DNA of 64,000 nt from Candidatus Kapaibacterium sp. (GTDB lineage Bacteria; Bacteroidota; Ignavibacteria; Kapaibacteriales; UBA2268): contig OY762428.1 in the NCBI GenBank assembly GCA_963665665.1, forward strand, positions 1,733,200 through 1,797,199, given 5' to 3'. Positions 59,824 through 64,000 of this stretch are shown in pieces. Made by a program: the position numbers and the translations under genes. Numbering within the stretch: position 1 is the stretch's first letter; each line of letters starts with the position of its first letter. Under the pieces are notes generated by a model. That model worked only from the letters and a program-made list of their open reading frames with translations. It was not told where the DNA came from and made no database searches.

Positions 59824-61026
59824 ATGAGCATAAAAGTTCCTTTTATAATAGTTGCTGACGACGACTCAGTGTCAGCTCAGTTTAAGGGTTTGATTCAAAA
59901 AGTATTCCCGGATGCTAACGTATATAAATATTACGATGGTATTGAAGCATGGGAACACATCCGTTCGATGAAAAGACGCAGCATCATTATTTCAGAATAT
60001 TTCATTCCAAAATTTTCCGGGCTTCAAATACTCAAAAATTTGAGGAAAGACAAACACGCCGCGGATTCCTACTTTATTATGGTTTTTGATGATAAAGATG
60101 AAGACAGCGAGATCGAGATCCTGCAAAAGGGGGCCGACGACGTAATGAAAAAGCCCCTGAACATTGCCCGGATGATCACAGCATTAAGGAACAGCCACAG
60201 CGTTTATTCTTTGAAGGAAAGCCTGGAAATTGAAACTGCTAATATCAGGCAGCTTGAAAAAGAATTATCCTCGTTTGTGGACAAAGTAAGAGAAGTTCTG
60301 CAAATTACGATTAAATCCAGAATACCCAAATCCCTTGTCCCGAGCGATAAAGTTGTGAAAGCTTCCGCCTGGGTTGCATCACGTTTCCAGAATATGGATG
60401 CAGTAAAAATGAAAACAATAATCACCGCTGCTGAACTTTGCCACCTGGGCAGACTGGCTCTATCGGATGAAGATATCAGCAAACCTCATCTGAAAAATGG
60501 AATGGTGTATAGGGAACTGATGTCGAAATCACCAAAATACGCAAGTGAAATTCTTTCCCGGATCAGCGGGCTGGAAGAAATCGGCCAGATACTGCGTCAT
60601 GTATATGAAAATCATGACGGTAGCGGCATGCCAGACCAGTTCAGAGCATCACAAATACCTCTTGGCTCTAAAATTCTCCGGGTGATTTTAGATTTCGAGG
60701 AAAAAATGGATGAAACCCGTGGGCGGGTAAAAAAATCAATGGAACACATCTATTTAGAGTCAAAACGCCTTTATGATTATCATGTTGTTGCTCTTTTCGA
60801 CCAGTACCTGGCTGAAAACAGGATTAATGACGGGAATTACCGCGAAGAAGGACTTGAACTGGATAAATTAGTTAAAGGAATGACAATTTCCCGGCATATT
60901 ATTACCCGTTCGGGGCATAAAATGCTTTCCGGCGACCAACAGCTTGACGACGATAAGATCAATAAACTTAAATCCCTAAATAAAAGAGATCCGATTATTG
61001 GCAAAGTATATATCCGGAAAAAATAG
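59824..61026 (+). CDS. Response-regulator-like protein: receiver domain (acceptor Asp replaced by Glu) + HD-GYP-like domain with degenerate HD/GYP motifs
   Basis: The receiver region IIVADDD...IIISEYFIPKFSGLQIL has Glu where the phospho-Asp is expected. HD-GYP core: CHLGRL (HD to HL), HVYENHDGSGMPD (GYP to GMP), QIPLGSKILRVILDFEE. Confidence 0.55.
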   Translation: MSIKVPFIIVADDDSVSAQFKGLIQKVFPDANVYKYYDGIEAWEHIRSMKRRSIIISEYFIPKFSGLQILKNLRKDKHAADSYFIMVFDDKDEDSEIEILQKGADDVMKKPLNIARMITALRNSHSVYSLKESLEIETANIRQLEKELSSFVDKVREVLQITIKSRIPKSLVPSDKVVKASAWVASRFQNMDAVKMKTIITAAELCHLGRLALSDEDISKPHLKNGMVYRELMSKSPKYASEILSRISGLEEIGQILRHVYENHDGSGMPDQFRASQIPLGSKILRVILDFEEKMDETRGRVKKSMEHIYLESKRLYDYHVVALFDQYLAENRINDGNYREEGLELDKLVKGMTISRHIITRSGHKMLSGDQQLDDDKINKLKSLNKRDPIIGKVYIRKK

Positions 61027-61220
61027 TCATAATAATATTAAATATTCCAACTCATCCGGTTTGATATATCGGGTGAGTTTTTTAATTATGCAAATTCAGG
61101 TAAATCATTTATTATTATTGGAATTTATAACAAATTATCATCAACTGCTGTTTGTTTCCCAAAATAATAATATTTTTGTGTCGTTGGTTTTAACGGATTG
61201 AAAATAATAAAGACGGAAGA

Positions 61221-62480
61221 ATGAAATTTATCAAAATTATAGCACTAATGATATTATTCAGCGGAACTGTGCGGGCATCTAAAATCCTTATACCAATGGA
61301 TCTTGCCCAGACAGACCATCTGAAAGCTTACGGGCTTGTTTACTGGGTACTGACCCAGGGAGCTCAGGCAGACTGGCTGCTAAATTACAGGGGCGGTGCA
61401 TTCATGACGGATGGTTCCGACCTGATAGCTGCAGAATGCCGTATCAGGGGAATATATTTTGAATCAATTGACGGTGCTACGGCAGCCTCGATATACAGCC
61501 AGGCAAAAAGCGAAGATGAGAACATGGATGTGGTCAGGCTGGAGAAAGCACCGAAAATTGCTGTTTATGCCCCTCCGGGTTCCCAGCCATGGGATGATGC
61601 TGTAAGGCTCGCGCTGGAATATGCTGAAGTGAAACATGAAATTATCTGGGACGAAGAAGTAGTTTCCGGCAAACTATCGGAATATGACTGGCTTCATCTT
61701 CATCATGAAGATTTCACCGGACAGTACGGAAAGTTTTATGCAAATTTCCGAAACCAGCCATGGTATATTCAGCAGGTACAACTTAACGAAGCTATGGCAA
61801 AAAAACTTGGTTTTCCAAAAGTATCACTATTGAAATTAGCCGTTGCCAAGAAGATTAAGGAATATGTGGCAAACGGCGGATTCCTCTTTGCTATGTGCAG
61901 CGCCACTGATTCTTACGACATTGCACTTGCAGCCGAAGGCGTGGATATTTGCGAAACTATGTTCGACGGCGACCCTGCCGACCCAAATGCAAATAAAAAA
62001 CTTGATTTTTCGAAAACTCTTGCATTCGAGAACTTCCAGTTGAAGATGAATCCTTACGAGTATGAATTCTCGGATATTGATGTCCGCCCGGAAAACGGAA
62101 TGGGAAACCCCGACACTGATTATTTTACCTTATTTGATTTTTCTGCCAAATATGATCCCGTACCAACAATGCTTACCCAGTGCCATGTTAATGTGATTCG
62201 TGGATTCCTGGGGCAGACTTCAGCCTTCCACAAAAAATTTATCAAAAAATCTATAATAACAATGGGTTTAAGGGATGGAACCGACGAAGTGAAATATATA
62301 CACGGGAATTTCGGGCGCGGAACTTTTACCTGGTTCGCGGGGCATGACCCCGAGGACTACCGCCATGCAGTAGGCGACCCCCCAACGGAATTGAAACTGC
62401 ACAGAAACTCTCCGGGATACAGGCTGATTTTAAATAATATCCTTTTTCCGGCTGCAAAAAAGAAAAAACAAAAAACTTAA
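61221..62480 (+). CDS. Secreted hypothetical protein (possible ThuA/class-I glutamine amidotransferase-like fold)
   Basis: Signal peptide present. The region KIKEYVANGGFLFAMCSATD suggests a GATase1-like nucleophile elbow. No confident family. Confidence 0.35.
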   Translation: MKFIKIIALMILFSGTVRASKILIPMDLAQTDHLKAYGLVYWVLTQGAQADWLLNYRGGAFMTDGSDLIAAECRIRGIYFESIDGATAASIYSQAKSEDENMDVVRLEKAPKIAVYAPPGSQPWDDAVRLALEYAEVKHEIIWDEEVVSGKLSEYDWLHLHHEDFTGQYGKFYANFRNQPWYIQQVQLNEAMAKKLGFPKVSLLKLAVAKKIKEYVANGGFLFAMCSATDSYDIALAAEGVDICETMFDGDPADPNANKKLDFSKTLAFENFQLKMNPYEYEFSDIDVRPENGMGNPDTDYFTLFDFSAKYDPVPTMLTQCHVNVIRGFLGQTSAFHKKFIKKSIITMGLRDGTDEVKYIHGNFGRGTFTWFAGHDPEDYRHAVGDPPTELKLHRNSPGYRLILNNILFPAAKKKKQKT

Positions 62481-62584
62481 TATTGCTTATTTTTGTAAAA
62501 AAATTATTTTATGGTTTGATTAGCAACCGTTGATATGCTATATTTGCCATAACATTAAATAATTAACCGGAGAAGAATACCCTG

Positions 62585-63415
62585 ATGAAAATATCCAAGT
62601 TATTGATTATTTTTTCAATATTATTTCTTTCAACAGCAATCTCTGTTTTAGCTCAGCTAAGTATTGAAATTGCTGATACCACACTACAAAGAGGAGAAGA
62701 CAATAAAATTCTACTCCCTGTAAAAATCAACCTGCCCCCCGGTGATATAAATTCAGTAACTATAAAATTCAAATACGATGCGAGGATAATTGATATTAGT
62801 TCCGTTTCCGGCGGTACTGACTATATTATGCTCAGCCAGGCCCCTGATATTAAAAAAAGCTTTTCAGTTCTTGAGGAAGCTGACATAACTGTTAGTGACA
62901 ATACAATAGCGCCGGACAATGGCAATATTCTTTGTGTTTTTGAAATTGAAGGCCTTGCCGCCGAAGATTCAATAGCTTATATCGAACCGGTCGAGCTATA
63001 TATCGATAATGAATTAAAAGAAGAGGCTGAATTGGCCAGAGCCACGATAAAAGTTACCGGGGATGCGATTATCAGGATTCTGCCAGAGGGCCTTGGGGAT
63101 AATTACCCCAACCCCTTTTACCAGAACACCAGGGTAATTTTCAATATCAAAAAAGAAACAAATGTAACGTTTTCACTTTTCTCTGTTATTGGTGAAAAAG
63201 TAGCCGATTCGGAAAGCTCCACTGAAGAGATAAAATTTGAATTTTTTACAAAAGACGGTACACCACTTGATGTAGAGAGCAACCCCAGGCTGCAACCCGG
63301 AAAATATGAACTCCTTCTGACTCCCCTAAACTGGAAATTTGCAAGCGGCCCTTATTACCTGCTACTGGAAACCGGTAGCGGAGCTTACAACAAATCAATA
63401 TTATATCATAAGTAA
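62585..63415 (+). CDS. Secreted protein with T9SS C-terminal sorting domain
   Basis: Signal peptide. The C-terminal domain begins LGDNYPNPFYQNTRVIFNI (NYPNPF hallmark) and ends YYLLLETGSGAYNKSILY. Confidence 0.6.
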   Translation: MKISKLLIIFSILFLSTAISVLAQLSIEIADTTLQRGEDNKILLPVKINLPPGDINSVTIKFKYDARIIDISSVSGGTDYIMLSQAPDIKKSFSVLEEADITVSDNTIAPDNGNILCVFEIEGLAAEDSIAYIEPVELYIDNELKEEAELARATIKVTGDAIIRILPEGLGDNYPNPFYQNTRVIFNIKKETNVTFSLFSVIGEKVADSESSTEEIKFEFFTKDGTPLDVESNPRLQPGKYELLLTPLNWKFASGPYYLLLETGSGAYNKSILYHK

Positions 63416-63421
63416 TGAAAA

Positions 63422-64000
63422 AATGAAAAACTTCAAATATATACTGCTGTTTACTATATTACTAACCTGCTGCCGGGTTGATGTCGTTGCACAGGAAGAC
63501 AGCAGCGATGTTGTCAATAAATTGTTGAAAGTTAAGAATCCCGAGGGCGTTGACTTCTGGTTGTGCTTTATGAAAAACTTCAAAGAGCCGAAAACTATTA
63601 CTACATCCAACGCACTGCATCTTGAATTATTTATTACCGGTGATGAAGATGCGAATGTTGTAATTGAAGCAAAAAATATTGGCCTCAAAGAAGAATTGTT
63701 TGTTCCTGCCAGAACAATTAAAAGTATTAAAATTGACCCTAAAGCTCAAATCCAAAGTTCGGAGATACTTGAAAAAAGTGCTGCTGTTCACATTACATCA
63801 GACAATCCAATATCTGTATACGGCCTGAACCGCAGATTCCAGACAACCGATACTTACCTGGGCCTGCCCAAACGGGTGCTTGGCAATGATTACCGTGTTA
63901 TGTGTTATTCCGTATCCGACGGGCTTATGGCACAATTTGCAATTGTGGCAACAGAAAACAACACTATTGTAAAAATTGATCCGGCTGCAAATACCACAAT
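63422..64000 (+). CDS. Secreted protein, 5' partial (runs off the window end); IgGFc-binding-like N-terminal domain typical of Bacteroidota T9SS cargo
   Basis: Open frame from the ATG at 63422 (MKNFKYILLFTILLTCC...) to the end of the window. Signal peptide present. Confidence 0.4.

Noticed and set aside
1-64000. Looked for tRNA/rRNA genes (GGTTCGAATCC-like T-arms, 16S/23S signatures)
   Set aside because: None was found by eye. The only GGTTCGAA occurrence is inside the Gly-rich CDS.

Overview
This 64 kb window looks like a Bacteroidota-type (T9SS-using) chromosome. Housekeeping genes are interrupted by a large accessory region full of mobile DNA and repeats.

Housekeeping blocks:
- mreB-mreC-mreD on the minus strand (37375-40168).
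- rpmH-rnpA-yidD-yidC on the minus strand (56629-59500). rpmH carries an apparent +1 frameshift in an A6 run.
- MscS channel, a Yip1-like membrane protein, parvulin and SurA-like chaperone genes.
- At least seven secreted proteins with type IX secretion C-terminal sorting domains (vWA/beta-propeller, BNR, Ig-like repeat, FN3, LRR and others).

Accessory and mobile content:
1. Three near-identical 1443-bp IS3-family copies in direct orientation (7316-8758, 19290-20732, 24912-26354). Each has orfA/orfB joined by a -1 frameshift site (A10 run).
2. Between copies 1 and 2 lies a roughly 10.5 kb plasmid-like module. It has a Rep_3 initiator with a 1.3-kb array of 19-bp iterons and a 165-bp GC-rich nested inverted repeat. 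It also has a GC-rich five-gene operon ending in a T4CP-like ATPase and a replication-relaxation-family protein, an 11-bp x7 tandem repeat, and a DnaG-like primase.
3. Between copies 2 and 3 are three secreted-protein genes, a composite-transposon-like cargo.
4. Downstream of copy 3 is an island of small gene units: SAM methyltransferase + HNH nuclease; hypothetical + SAM methyltransferase + VanW; DUF1016/YhcG PD-(D/E)XK nuclease; a KilA-N fragment; a MazF/PemK toxin-antitoxin pair. The motif TTTTG(T/A)ATATTCAGG recurs upstream of four of these gene units.
5. An orphan GC-rich phage terminase large-subunit gene sits next to a beta-lactamase-family serine hydrolase.
6. A dispersed family of about 100-130 bp palindromic MITE/REP-like elements (core GTCATTC...GAAGAATCC) is present, including one inside the mreB-mreC intergenic spacer.
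7. A 3.2 kb nested-repeat region (41470-44645) contains a ~1.4 kb tandem duplication. Its arrays of 21-bp repeats keep all six frames open, so heptad-repeat or Q/N-rich protein candidates are uncertain. The duplicated units differ by one repeat. Arrays of short GC hairpins separated by GGTGGATTCTT occur here too.
8. A glycine-rich peptide gene with a double-glycine-type leader is a candidate bacteriocin/RiPP precursor.
9. A response regulator has a degenerate receiver (Asp to Glu) fused to a degenerate HD-GYP domain.

No rRNA, tRNA or CRISPR array was recognised.
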